Assembly: GCA_963827685.1 (NCBI GenBank)
Contig: CAWHBU010000003.1
Coordinates: 128,001-192,000, forward strand
DNA length: 64,000 nt
Source of the DNA: an uncultured delta proteobacterium
GTDB lineage: Bacteria > Desulfobacterota > BSN033 > UBA1163
Direction: 5' to 3'
The notes below the pieces were generated by a model. It was not told the origin of the DNA. It made no database searches and was given only the letters and a program-made list of their open reading frames with translations. Positions 48,927 to 58,939 of this stretch are shown here, piece by piece (within the stretch, counting starts at the first letter, position 1; each line of letters opens with the position of its first letter). A program made the position numbers and the translations under genes.

Positions 48927-50075
48927 ATGGAATTGTCAGAACAGACCTTTGCCCAAAAGTTTGACCTCTACGGATGTTTTCAATGCGGTAAGTGCACAGG
49001 AGGGTGTCCTGTTTCCCTCAAATCGAAGCTGAATATCCGAAGGCTAATGATCGAGGGTATTTTGGGAAAGAATCTCGATCGGGTCAGTGAGAAGGAGGAA
49101 CTCTGGGATTGTACCACATGTAAAACCTGCACACTCCGGTGCCCTCGTGGTTTGAAGCCCATGGATCTGGTCATCGGAATGAGGGGAATCCTGATCGAAG
49201 AGGGACACATTCCTAAGACCATTATCGAAGCCATGGAAAGCGCTTACAAATATGGAAACCCCTGGGGAATCCCGAAGAACAAAAGGACAGAGTGGATCAA
49301 AGGGCTGCCCGAAGACCTCAAGGTGAAGGACTTCTCCCAAGGGGACCGTGCTGAGTTTCTTTACTTCGTCGGATGCACCGCTTCTTCCGATCCCCGAATT
49401 CAGGAAATCGCAAAGTCCTTTGTCTTCGGACTTCGGCAGGCCGGCGTCGATTTCGGGATCCTCGGAAACGACGAACAATGCTGCGGTAACGAGATCCGGA
49501 GAATGGGAGAAGCAGGTCTCTTTGAGGAGCTCGTCGAAGGAAACATGAAACAGTTCGACACCTATCAGATCGAAAATATCATCACCACCTGTCCTCATGG
49601 TTTCAATGCCTTCAAGAATGAGTATCCTCAAGGAAAGTTCAATGTTCTCCACGCTACCCAGGTTTTGGCAAAGCGCTTAGAAGAAGGGAAACTTTCTCTC
49701 ACGCAGCAGGTCAAAAAGGTGGTCACCTATCATGACCCCTGTTTTTTGGGCAAGCAGAATAACATTTTCGACAAACCCCGAATCCTTCTGAACGCCATTC
49801 CGGGCCTCACCTTCAAAGAACTTGACCGTTCCCGAGAAAGAAGTCTCTGCTGCGAAGGCGGAGGAGGAAGGATGTGGGTAGAATCTTCGACCGATACAGG
49901 CCAGCGTCTTGCTGAGGTCCGAGTGAGAGACGCCGTAGAATTGGGAGCAGAGATCTTAGCAACGGCATGTCCCCTATGTGTGTTGACACTGGAGGACGCT
50001 GTGAAGACCTCTGGCTTTGAAGAAAAAATCAAAGTGATGGACGTGACGGAGTTATTGGCTGAGGCCATGGAATGA
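48927..50075 (+). CDS. HdrD/BamD-like Fe-S oxidoreductase (2x[4Fe-4S] + two CCG domains)
   Basis: CFQCGKCTGGCP, CTTCKTC..RCP, CCG, TCPH, YHDPC, CCEGGGG, ACPLC. Confidence 0.88.
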   Translation: MELSEQTFAQKFDLYGCFQCGKCTGGCPVSLKSKLNIRRLMIEGILGKNLDRVSEKEELWDCTTCKTCTLRCPRGLKPMDLVIGMRGILIEEGHIPKTIIEAMESAYKYGNPWGIPKNKRTEWIKGLPEDLKVKDFSQGDRAEFLYFVGCTASSDPRIQEIAKSFVFGLRQAGVDFGILGNDEQCCGNEIRRMGEAGLFEELVEGNMKQFDTYQIENIITTCPHGFNAFKNEYPQGKFNVLHATQVLAKRLEEGKLSLTQQVKKVVTYHDPCFLGKQNNIFDKPRILLNAIPGLTFKELDRSRERSLCCEGGGGRMWVESSTDTGQRLAEVRVRDAVELGAEILATACPLCVLTLEDAVKTSGFEEKIKVMDVTELLAEAME

Positions 50076-50076
50076 G

Positions 50077-50454
50077 ATGAAACTGAGAGAGATTCGAGAC
50101 ATTTTGGATGCAGAACTGATTACGGGAGACGCGAGTCTCGATAAAGAGATAAAGTACGTTAATGCGGCGGACCTTATCAGCGACGTCCTCGCTTACAGCA
50201 CGGGACCGGGGGCCTTACTTATTACGGGGATTGTCCATTCCCAGGTGATTTATGCAGCGAATACAATCGAATTAGGGGCCATCCTTTTTGTCAGAGGAAA
50301 ACGGCCCAACGAGGCAACCTTACAATTGGCGAACGAGAATCATATCCCCCTCTTGACTACCCGCTATATCATGTTTGAAGCATGCGGTCGCTTATATCAA
50401 CTTGGTATGAGGGCGTGTATCGAAAAAGTGAAAAATGGCCGGGGCGGGAAATAA
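50077..50454 (+). CDS. DRTGG domain protein
   Basis: AADLISDVLA, LLITG, FVRGK.P, ACGRLY. Confidence 0.8.
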   Translation: MKLREIRDILDAELITGDASLDKEIKYVNAADLISDVLAYSTGPGALLITGIVHSQVIYAANTIELGAILFVRGKRPNEATLQLANENHIPLLTTRYIMFEACGRLYQLGMRACIEKVKNGRGGK

Positions 50455-50914
50455 CATATCACTTCATGAAATGTTTCATATCCAGGGGGGCAATTTTACG
50501 AATGCCGGGTCCATTTCAAGTCAGGTCAAGAAGATTCTAATAAGGGCTGGATTTTCTCATCGCGTCATTCGTAGAACATCCATTGCGACCTTCGAGGCCG
50601 AGATGAACGTGATCTGCTATGCCAACCGAGGAACGATTTCGCTCTTTATTACGCCCGACTTCTTGAAGATCGTAGTCGAAGACGAAGGGACCGGTATTCC
50701 CGATATCAATCTGGCGATGAAAGAGGGCTACTCGACCGCTAACGAAAAGATTCATGAATTGGGGTTCGGTGCGGGAATGGGCCTTTCCAATATAAAAAAT
50801 AATACGGACGAGATGATCCTCACCTCTAAATTCGGGGAAGGAACTCATCTTGAGTTTGTCATCAGTCTGGAAGGAAGGGATAAGCTGGTTCCCCTGTTGA
50901 GCACCAGGGGATGA
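50435..50914 (+). CDS. Anti-sigma-factor-like Ser/Thr kinase (RsbT/HATPase)
   Basis: EAEMN, ED.G.GIPD..LAM.EGYSTA, GFGAGMGL. Confidence 0.85.
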   Translation: MAGAGNNISLHEMFHIQGGNFTNAGSISSQVKKILIRAGFSHRVIRRTSIATFEAEMNVICYANRGTISLFITPDFLKIVVEDEGTGIPDINLAMKEGYSTANEKIHELGFGAGMGLSNIKNNTDEMILTSKFGEGTHLEFVISLEGRDKLVPLLSTRG

Positions 50915-50933
50915 TAAGAGGGAAGGAACTCCT

Positions 50934-51281
50934 TTGATGACGGTCTCCGATATCGTCAAATCCTTTGGACTAAAGATTAGGGCAGGGAAAAATCGGCTCG
51001 ATGAGGAGGTGACAGGAGGGTATGCCGGCGATCTCCTCAGCGATGTGATTGCCCACAGCCGCAAAGGGAACATCTGGGTGACCATCCAAACCCATCCCAA
51101 TATCGTTGCGGTGGCCACCATGAAGGAGCTGGCAGGAATTATTTTAACAGGAGGAAGAGAACCTGATTCAGATACCCTTCAAAAGGCGGAAGAGGAAGAG
51201 ATGCCTATCTTGGTCTCTTCGCTCTTTACCTTTGAATTGGTGGGCAAACTCTACCAAAAGGGGATTTCAGGAACGGGTTGA
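50934..51281 (+). CDS. DRTGG domain protein
   Basis: GGYAGDLLSDV, WVTIQTHPNIVAVA. Confidence 0.8.
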   Translation: MMTVSDIVKSFGLKIRAGKNRLDEEVTGGYAGDLLSDVIAHSRKGNIWVTIQTHPNIVAVATMKELAGIILTGGREPDSDTLQKAEEEEMPILVSSLFTFELVGKLYQKGISGTG

Positions 51282-52021
51282 TGCTGAAAAAGTTTCGGGC
51301 GGACCTCCACATTCATTCATGCCTTTCGCCTTGTGGAGATGAAGAGATGAGGCCTCGTGCCCTTGTGAACCAGGCGTTGGCCAAGGGTTTAGATATGATC
51401 GCCATCTGTGACCACAATTCAGCGGAAAATACGGCAGCCTTCATCAGTGCTGGAGATGAGAGGGGCCTTAAAGTGCTCCCCGGGATCGAAGTCACCTCAA
51501 AAGAGGAAATTCATCTCATTGCCCTGTTCGATACCCAAGAGGACTGTACAGCCCTTCAAAATCTGATTTACCAAAATCTTCCAGGTGAAAATGTAGAAGA
51601 GGTGTTTGGTCCTCAGACGGTGGTCAACGAATGGGATGAAACGGTAGGCATCAATCGGAGAATGTTGATTGGGGCGACCCTCCTTCCCCTTGAACAGATC
51701 GTCTCCGTGATTCATTCACTGGGGGGGGTGGCCATCGCCTCGCATATCGATCGCCAGGCGTTCAGTCTGCTTGGACAATTGGGATTCATCCCGGAGGGGA
51801 TACTCCTGGATGGATTGGAGGTCTCCTCTCGTACCTCCAAGGAGGAGGCGAAGAATCGATTTCATTCCTATCAACACTACTCCTTCGTTTGGTTCTCCGA
51901 TGCCCATTGTCTTGAGGACATCGGCAAAAGCACGACCCCCTTCCTTTTGAAAGAGACCACATCACGGGAAGTTAAAATGGCCCTTCATCGCAAAGAAGGA
52001 CGAAAGGTCATGGAGGCATAA
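51281..52021 (+). CDS. PHP domain protein (putative phosphatase)
   Basis: DLHIHSCLSPCG, DHN, PGIE, SHIDR, SDAH. Confidence 0.88.
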   Translation: MLKKFRADLHIHSCLSPCGDEEMRPRALVNQALAKGLDMIAICDHNSAENTAAFISAGDERGLKVLPGIEVTSKEEIHLIALFDTQEDCTALQNLIYQNLPGENVEEVFGPQTVVNEWDETVGINRRMLIGATLLPLEQIVSVIHSLGGVAIASHIDRQAFSLLGQLGFIPEGILLDGLEVSSRTSKEEAKNRFHSYQHYSFVWFSDAHCLEDIGKSTTPFLLKETTSREVKMALHRKEGRKVMEA

Positions 52022-52041
52022 CACGTCGGTGAGAGGCAGGG

Positions 52042-52590
52042 TTGGAAGATCTCTCTCTCCATATACTGGACATTGTTGAGAATGCCATTTCGGCGAAGGC
52101 AAAAAAAATTGAGATCTGGGTGGTTGAAGAACCCAGGGAGGATCGGTTGACGATCGAAATCAAGGATGACGGAATCGGGATGGACGAAGAGGTCAGTCAA
52201 AAAGCGGTTGACCCTTTTTTTACCACCCGGTCTTCAAGGAGAGTGGGGTTAGGTCTTTCTTTCATGGCGCAAGCAGCTCAAGAGACAGGGGGCTCGCTTC
52301 GAATCGAGTCGACATTGGGAAAAGGCACAAAAGTGACGGCCACTTTCCAGTACCATCATATCGACAGAAAACCCTTGGGAAGCATGGTTGAAACGATGAT
52401 GACGCTCCTTATTGGAAATCCTGAATTGGACATTCTCTATACCCATCAGAAGGAGGAAAAGTCATACGTTCTCAGCAGTTCGTGGTTGAAAAATCACTTT
52501 AAAGATCGGTCCCTCGTCGATCCAGAAGTCATCCAATGGATGAAAACGCATCTCAAGGAGGGGCTGAAACAGATTGGAGTTCAGGGATGA
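52042..52590 (+). CDS. Histidine kinase-like ATPase
   Basis: LHILDIVEN, DDG.GM, DPFFTTR..R.VGLG, HIDR.PLG. Confidence 0.85.
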   Translation: MEDLSLHILDIVENAISAKAKKIEIWVVEEPREDRLTIEIKDDGIGMDEEVSQKAVDPFFTTRSSRRVGLGLSFMAQAAQETGGSLRIESTLGKGTKVTATFQYHHIDRKPLGSMVETMMTLLIGNPELDILYTHQKEEKSYVLSSSWLKNHFKDRSLVDPEVIQWMKTHLKEGLKQIGVQG

Positions 52591-53066
52591 GGTTGGTAGA
52601 AGAGATTTCCCGAGCAGATTGGGAAAAGATTGACCAGGTGATCGATCGGTATAGAAAGAGGCCGGGGATCCTTATTCCAGTTTTAAAGGAGGTCCAGGAT
52701 ATCTGTGGATACCTTCCCAAAAAGGTCCAGCACCGGATTGCGCAGGGGCTTCAGCTTCCCGCTTCCCAGGTCTATGGAGTCGTCTCGTTTTATGCATTTT
52801 TTACAACGATTCCCAGGGGAAAACATATCATCAGGGTGTGCCTTGGAACGGCGTGCTATGTGAGAGGCTCCAAACAGATCCTGGACAATCTTCAAAGGGA
52901 ACTCCATGTTGAAGTCGGAGGGATCACACAAGATCGGAAATTTTCTTTGGAAGCTGTGCGATGCCTTGGGGCTTGCGGTTTAGCTCCGGTCATGGTCGTG
53001 GGGAGCGAGACGTACGGCATGATCAGTCCGGGTAAAGCGATTGAAATTGTAAGTTCTTATCGATAG
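52587..53066 (+). CDS. NuoE/HydC-like [2Fe-2S] subunit
   Basis: LIPVL..VQ, VVSFY, VCLGTAC, RCLGAC. Confidence 0.9.
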   Translation: MRLVEEISRADWEKIDQVIDRYRKRPGILIPVLKEVQDICGYLPKKVQHRIAQGLQLPASQVYGVVSFYAFFTTIPRGKHIIRVCLGTACYVRGSKQILDNLQRELHVEVGGITQDRKFSLEAVRCLGACGLAPVMVVGSETYGMISPGKAIEIVSSYR

Positions 53067-53239
53067 GGGTGCACCACAGAAATAACGCTCTATTTCCCTG
53101 AACCATGTAAGGTTCAGGGCCAGTCATGCACCCCGCGTGGTGCATGGCAAAGAGCACTTGAATAGCTTATTTTGCTGGAAATAATCTTCTTCAAACATAG
53201 TTCCATTTATGGGGTACACCCCATAGGAGATGGATCGCG

Positions 53240-53623
53240 ATGGCTAAGTTAACCATTGAAGACTTGAAACGGATCAAGGAGGAAGTTCGCTCCACCACGG
53301 TTCTGAGGGAGGGAGGCTTCCGAGCAAAGGTCAACATCCACATGGGAACCTGTGGCATTGCTGCCGGGGCCAGAAAATTGATGTCCGCTGTTTTACAGGA
53401 GATCGAGGAGAAAAAAATCAAGGATGTCATGGTGACGACCTCCGGGTGTGCAGGGCTCTGTAGCCGTGAACCGATGGCCACCGTCGAAATTCTCGGGAAA
53501 CCCCCTGTAAAATATTGCGACCTCAATGAAGAGAGGATGAAGGAAATAATCGTTCGCCATGTCTTGAATGGGGAAATTGTTGAGGCCTATGCCCTGGCAA
53601 GGGGAAGTGAGACCACTTATTAA
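53240..53623 (+). CDS. Thioredoxin-like [2Fe-2S] ferredoxin (HydD/HndB-like)
   Basis: HMGTCGIAAGA, GCAGLCSREP. Confidence 0.88.
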   Translation: MAKLTIEDLKRIKEEVRSTTVLREGGFRAKVNIHMGTCGIAAGARKLMSAVLQEIEEKKIKDVMVTTSGCAGLCSREPMATVEILGKPPVKYCDLNEERMKEIIVRHVLNGEIVEAYALARGSETTY

Positions 53624-53626
53624 TTC

Positions 53627-53690
53627 GGGGGTGGAAAGTAGAGAGTTGAAAGTGGTAAAAACCACATTCCACCTTCCGCTCTCCACCTGC
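53627..53690. repeat. Tandem-heptamer hairpin (GTGGAAA/TTCCAC family)
   Basis: Opposed arrays between hydD-like and hydB-like genes. Confidence 0.7.
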
Positions 53691-53706
53691 AAAATAGGGT
53701 AAAAGG

Positions 53707-55494
53707 ATGAAAGCGTATCGAACTCATCTCATGGTATGTGCCGGAACAGGCTGTGTTTCCTGCGGTTCTTTGCAGTTGAGAGAACGGCTGGAAACAGAAT
53801 TGAAGAACCGGGGTCTTTCGGATGAAGTGAAGGTGGTGATCACAGGATGTAACGGCTTTTGCGCGGAAGGCCCGATCATGGTCGTTTATCCTGAAGGCAT
53901 CTTCTACAAAAAATTGACCCAGGAGGATATTCCTTTTCTCGTGGAGGAGCATTTCCTCAAAGGACGCCCCGTCCAGAAGTTTTTGTATACCGGACCGGCG
54001 GTCAAGGAAAAAGTCCCTCTGTTAAAGGACATTCCCTTCTTCGAGCATCAGGTGCTGAGGGCGCTCAGAAATCGAGGCTTGATCGATGCGGAGAATATCG
54101 ACGAATATATCGCCCGAGATGGGTATGCTGCCCTTTCTAAAGTCCTCTCTTCCATGAAGCCGGAAGAGGTGATCCAGGAAGTAAAAATCTCTGGATTGAG
54201 AGGCCGTGGGGGAGCCGGGTTTCCAACGGGTCAAAAATGGGAGGAGGGCCGGCGCTACGATTCTTTCCCAAAATATGTCATCTGTAACGGGGACGAAGGA
54301 GATCCGGGGGCATTCATGGACCGCTCCGTCCTGGAGGCAGATCCCCATTCGGTTTTAGAAGGAATGGCCATCTGCGGTTATGCCATTGACGCCCATCAGG
54401 GATATATCTATGTGAGAGCGGAGTATCCTCTGGCGATTCATCGGCTCAATATAGCCATTGAGAAGGCGAGAGACTATGGATTGTTGGGAAAAGATATTTT
54501 AGGGTCCGGTTTCGATTTTGATATCGGTATCTATCCGGGTGCAGGGGCCTTTGTCTGTGGAGAATCGACCGCACTCATGTATTCCCTGGAAGGGAAGCGT
54601 GGAATGCCTCGAATTAAACCCCCAAGGTCCACAGAGGCTGGTCTATGGAGCCAACCCACGGTTCTCAACAACGTAGAGACCCTTGCCAATGTTCCTCCCA
54701 TCCTCTTAAATGGCGGACAGTGGTTCGCCTCTCTCGGAACGGAGGGATCGAAGGGGACGAAGGTCTTCGCCCTCACCGGTACCGTCGAAAACGTGGGACT
54801 GATCGAGGTCCCCATGGGAACCACACTTCGAAAGATCATCTACGATATTGGAGGAGGCATCTCTGATAAAAGAGAGTTTAAAGCGATCCAAATCGGAGGA
54901 CCTTCCGGGGCCTGCCTCCCAGCATCCTTATTGGATCTGGAGGTCGATTTTGACTCCCTCGATGAGGCCGGGGCCATGATGGGCTCCGGTGGTCTGGTCG
55001 TCACGAACGATTCGACCTGCATGGTCGATACCGCCCGGTTCTTCACCGATTTTTCTGTCGATGAATCCTGCGGCAAATGCGTCCCCTGTCGCGTGGGAAT
55101 GAAAGTGATGCTCAACATTCTTAATCGCATTACGATGGGACAGGGAACGATGGAGGACATCGGGCATTTGGAACGATTGGGCCAACATATCAAAGATAGC
55201 TCCCACTGCGGTTTGGGAAAAACAGCCCCGAATCCCGTACTTTCCACGATCCGCTATTTTCGAAATGAATATGAGGCCCATATCCTGGAGAAGAGATGCC
55301 CTGCCCTGGTCTGCACGAGTCTTATAAAATTTCGGGTCGATCCTGAAAAGTGCAAGATGTGCGGCCTCTGCAAGAAGGCATGCCCGATGGAGGCAGTCAC
55401 GTGGGAGAAAAAGGCGCCTGCTGTCATCGACGTGGAGAAATGCATTCGTTGTCGGTCTTGTATCCAGGCCTGTAAGTTTAGAGCGATCGAATAA
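53707..55494 (+). CDS. NuoF/HydB-like NADH-binding FMN subunit, bifurcating-type architecture
   Basis: N-terminal 2Fe-2S, GRGGAGFP, DEGDPGAFMD, GAFVCGE, GGPSG, ESCGKCVPCR, C-terminal 2x[4Fe-4S]. Confidence 0.9.
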   Translation: MKAYRTHLMVCAGTGCVSCGSLQLRERLETELKNRGLSDEVKVVITGCNGFCAEGPIMVVYPEGIFYKKLTQEDIPFLVEEHFLKGRPVQKFLYTGPAVKEKVPLLKDIPFFEHQVLRALRNRGLIDAENIDEYIARDGYAALSKVLSSMKPEEVIQEVKISGLRGRGGAGFPTGQKWEEGRRYDSFPKYVICNGDEGDPGAFMDRSVLEADPHSVLEGMAICGYAIDAHQGYIYVRAEYPLAIHRLNIAIEKARDYGLLGKDILGSGFDFDIGIYPGAGAFVCGESTALMYSLEGKRGMPRIKPPRSTEAGLWSQPTVLNNVETLANVPPILLNGGQWFASLGTEGSKGTKVFALTGTVENVGLIEVPMGTTLRKIIYDIGGGISDKREFKAIQIGGPSGACLPASLLDLEVDFDSLDEAGAMMGSGGLVVTNDSTCMVDTARFFTDFSVDESCGKCVPCRVGMKVMLNILNRITMGQGTMEDIGHLERLGQHIKDSSHCGLGKTAPNPVLSTIRYFRNEYEAHILEKRCPALVCTSLIKFRVDPEKCKMCGLCKKACPMEAVTWEKKAPAVIDVEKCIRCRSCIQACKFRAIE

Positions 55495-55528
55495 GAAAAA
55501 CATTCCATAAGAAAGAGTTAAGCGCGAG

Positions 55529-58084
55529 ATGGGAACTCAAATGATCAAACTGAAGATTGATGAAATCGAGATTGAGGTTGAGAAAGGCAAGACGATTCTC
55601 GAGGCCGCTCAATCTGCGGGCGTCCGCATTCCCTCTCTCTGCCACGACCGAAGGCTCATTCCCTTTGGCGCTTGCCGTCTCTGTGTCGTCCAGCAAGAAG
55701 GAAAATCTGAACTCGTGCCATCCTGTTTCACCCCTGCGAGAAACGGGATGGAGATTCTTACCCAATCTCCAAAGATTTCTGAATCGAGACGGCTGCAGCT
55801 CCAATTCATTCTGCTCAACCATCCGATGGTCTGTCCCCGCTGTGAAAAAGAGGGCGAATGTGACCTCCAGAATTTGATCTATGAATATGGGGTGGAAGAG
55901 ACACGCTATCCATGGGAGCCAATGATATCTCCTGCGGACGATCGATCTCTCCTCCTCCAGAGAGATTCCAATAAATGTATCCTCTGTGGCCGGTGCGCTC
56001 GCATCTGTGATGAGGTTCAGGGAATAGGAGAACTCTCTTTTACCCGAAGAGGAATCAAGACGGCCATCGATACGGACTTTCATCGCCCCATCCAATGTGA
56101 ATTCTGCGGCCAATGCATGGATACCTGCCCGGTGGGGGCTATTACCAGCGACCGTTTCGACTATACGGCCAAATCTTGGGAGTTGAAGGAGACGACAACC
56201 CCCTGCCCTTACTGCGGATGTGGATGCCTTCTCACTATGGGTTCGAAAGATGGAGAAGTAAAAAGGGTTTTCTCCGACCCTGGCAGGGGCCCAAGCGATG
56301 GAAATCTTTGCGTCAAGGGAAGGTTTGGTTGGGACTTCGTCGACCATCCTGAAAGGATCAAGACCCCTCTTCTAAGAGTCAACGGGGCATTCAAAGAGGC
56401 CTCGTGGGATGAGGTTCTCCAGTTTATAACCAGCAAGCTTGAAGAAATTAAGAGCCAGTATGGTCCCCAAGCGATTGCCGCTATCGCCTCCGGTCGATTG
56501 ACCAATGAGGAATACTATCTGTTTCATAAGTTATTCCGAGAGGCAGTCGGAACGGATCAAGTCGGTTACGGCGGTGGCAGCGCCTACAGGGGCTTGACAG
56601 AGGGTTTGGCAAAGACATTGGGTATGGCCGCCTCCACCAATTCGATCCAAGAGATTCGGAAAGCCGATTGCATTCTCGTGATTGGTGTTGACCCTGCGGC
56701 CACACACCCGATCATCAAGAATGAGATCCATTTGGCAATCCGGCGGAACAGGACTCAGTTGATTGTGCTCGGTTCCCATGATATTGACCTCACCCGAGCC
56801 ACACAGATTTCTCCCATGTTTCATCCCAGTATCACTCTCATCGATAAACCTGGGATGGAGGTCTCCTTGCTCAACGCCATGATTGGAACTATATTGAGGG
56901 AAGGCCTTGAGGATAAAGATTTCATCGAAGAGAAAACCCAAGGGATAGAAGAATTGAAAAAGAAGATGGCCGTCTCCCCCGCTTCCAAAGATGAGTGGCT
57001 GGGAATCCTTCCGGAGGCAAAGAAGGCAGAAATTGAAAAGGCAGCCAGAGCATTTGCAAAAGCTAAAAAAGCCATGATTCTGATTGGCTCCGGTCTTTGG
57101 TCCCATATTCCTCCAAAAGAGACCGCCATGGCCGCCTCCAACCTTGCTCTGATCACAGGCCATCTCGGGAAGGAGTCCTCCGGGATTCTTCTCCTTCTGG
57201 ATAAATGCAATGCCCAGGGGGCCATCGATATGGGGGACGGCGCAAAAGGAGGAGCATGGGGATTGAAAGACCTCATCCAAAGGGCAGAGGAAGGCAAGCT
57301 AAGGGCCGTTTATATCGTCGGGGAAAACCCGCTCGTCACTTATCCCGATACCGATCAACTGAAGAAGGCATTGGAAAAAGTTCCGTGCCTCATCGTCCAG
57401 GACCTCTTCTTGACGGAGACGGCAAAGATGGCCCACGTCATCCTTCCTGCGAGTGCTTTTGTGGAAAAGAGCGGAACGTATACCAATCTGGAACGAAGGG
57501 TTCAGAAGTTAAATCCTCTTCGTCCGCCCCGCCACCAGTCAAAATCAGATTTTGAGATCTTCTTGAGCCTGTTGCGGCTTTTCGAGTACCCTGTTCCGGG
57601 AGAAACGCCTGAGGCCGTCTTTGAAGAGATTTGCCGTCAGATCCCTCATTACCGAGGGATTCAGGATGGAAAGCAATGGCCGGATAACGCCTCTTACCTC
57701 TATGCTGACGGGTTTCCAAATGGAAAGGCGAAACTGATACCGGTTGGAAAAACACCGGGTCCTCCAATTCCAGAAGGTTATCCTTTCCAACTGATTCAGA
57801 GGCCTTCCCTTTTCCAATCGGGGTTTCTCAGTTCAAAGAGCGACGCTTTGAAAATGGTCTCTGAAAAGCCTACCCTGGAAATAAACATCGAGGATGCCCG
57901 AGCGCTCAAGATCGAAGAGGAAGAAGTCATCCAGGTCTCAGCCCATGGGGGACGTTCTTTCAGGATGAGAGCGAAACTTTCCTCAATGTCCTCTCCCGGG
58001 GTAATCACTGTTCCTTATCCCTGTCCCCTCGTTGATGATAGGGGTATCAGTTCCGTCAAAATCGAAAGGTTAAAAGCAATCTAA
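55529..58084 (+). CDS. NuoG/FdhA-like multi-Fe-S protein with molybdopterin-oxidoreductase fold, catalytic Cys/Sec apparently absent
   Basis: 2Fe-2S, HxxxCxxCxxxxxC, 2x4Fe-4S, CPYCGCGC; GYGGGSAY where Fdh has CARL(C/U)H. Confidence 0.8.
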   Translation: MGTQMIKLKIDEIEIEVEKGKTILEAAQSAGVRIPSLCHDRRLIPFGACRLCVVQQEGKSELVPSCFTPARNGMEILTQSPKISESRRLQLQFILLNHPMVCPRCEKEGECDLQNLIYEYGVEETRYPWEPMISPADDRSLLLQRDSNKCILCGRCARICDEVQGIGELSFTRRGIKTAIDTDFHRPIQCEFCGQCMDTCPVGAITSDRFDYTAKSWELKETTTPCPYCGCGCLLTMGSKDGEVKRVFSDPGRGPSDGNLCVKGRFGWDFVDHPERIKTPLLRVNGAFKEASWDEVLQFITSKLEEIKSQYGPQAIAAIASGRLTNEEYYLFHKLFREAVGTDQVGYGGGSAYRGLTEGLAKTLGMAASTNSIQEIRKADCILVIGVDPAATHPIIKNEIHLAIRRNRTQLIVLGSHDIDLTRATQISPMFHPSITLIDKPGMEVSLLNAMIGTILREGLEDKDFIEEKTQGIEELKKKMAVSPASKDEWLGILPEAKKAEIEKAARAFAKAKKAMILIGSGLWSHIPPKETAMAASNLALITGHLGKESSGILLLLDKCNAQGAIDMGDGAKGGAWGLKDLIQRAEEGKLRAVYIVGENPLVTYPDTDQLKKALEKVPCLIVQDLFLTETAKMAHVILPASAFVEKSGTYTNLERRVQKLNPLRPPRHQSKSDFEIFLSLLRLFEYPVPGETPEAVFEEICRQIPHYRGIQDGKQWPDNASYLYADGFPNGKAKLIPVGKTPGPPIPEGYPFQLIQRPSLFQSGFLSSKSDALKMVSEKPTLEINIEDARALKIEEEEVIQVSAHGGRSFRMRAKLSSMSSPGVITVPYPCPLVDDRGISSVKIERLKAI

Positions 58085-58147
58085 GTGATCCTTCTCTCCT
58101 CTCTTGCCAAAGAAGGGAGAGAGGATTCTAAGAAAGGGGGAAATTGA

Positions 58148-58939
58148 ATGAACATTATCGTGTGTGTCAAGAGGGTCCCAGAAACAGCGGATGCGGACGT
58201 CATCATCGACAAATCAGGGAAAGACATTGAAAAGAGCGGATTGGTCTTCGATCTCAATGAGTGGGACAATTATGCCATTGAGGAAGCGATTCTGCTGAAG
58301 GAAAAAATGGGCGGAACCGTGACGGTAATCTCCATGGGAGGGGAAGAATCGAATGAATCCCTGCGGAAATGTCTGGCCATGGGCGCCGATGATGCCGTGC
58401 GGTTGACCGATCCTGCCTTCGCGGGATCGGATGGATTTGCTACGGCGAGGGTGTTGTCAGAGGCAGTCCGAAAAATTCCTCATGACCTTGTCTTCACAGG
58501 CGTACAGGCCGAAGATGATGGGTTTGGACAAGTGGGAGTTGCCTTGGCCGAAATCTTAGGGGTTCCTCATGTCTCTCTCGTCAACTCTCTCGAAGTCCAG
58601 GATAAGAAGCTGAAGGCCCACCGAGAACTGGAAGGGGGATTAGAGGAGGTGGTTGAAGTCGGCCTTCCCGCTGTCCTGACGATTCAAACTGGAATCAATC
58701 AACCCCGCTATGTCTCGATCATGGGTATTCGAAAGGTGGCTAAAAAAGAGATTAAGTCTTTAGGTGTCTCGGATCTCAATCTGAAGGCGGAAGAGGTTGG
58801 CCTTTCCGGCTCGCATATTAAGTTGGAAAAGATCTTTCTTCCTCCGGTGGGTGAGGGAGCACAGATGTTGCAGGGAAAACCGGAAGAGATAGCATCCAAG
58901 GTTTTCAATATTCTGAAGGACAAAGGAGGGCTCACCTAA
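58148..58939 (+). CDS. etfB: Electron transfer flavoprotein beta subunit
   Basis: VCVKRVP, AIEEA, LAMGAD, N.PRY. Confidence 0.93.
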   Translation: MNIIVCVKRVPETADADVIIDKSGKDIEKSGLVFDLNEWDNYAIEEAILLKEKMGGTVTVISMGGEESNESLRKCLAMGADDAVRLTDPAFAGSDGFATARVLSEAVRKIPHDLVFTGVQAEDDGFGQVGVALAEILGVPHVSLVNSLEVQDKKLKAHRELEGGLEEVVEVGLPAVLTIQTGINQPRYVSIMGIRKVAKKEIKSLGVSDLNLKAEEVGLSGSHIKLEKIFLPPVGEGAQMLQGKPEEIASKVFNILKDKGGLT

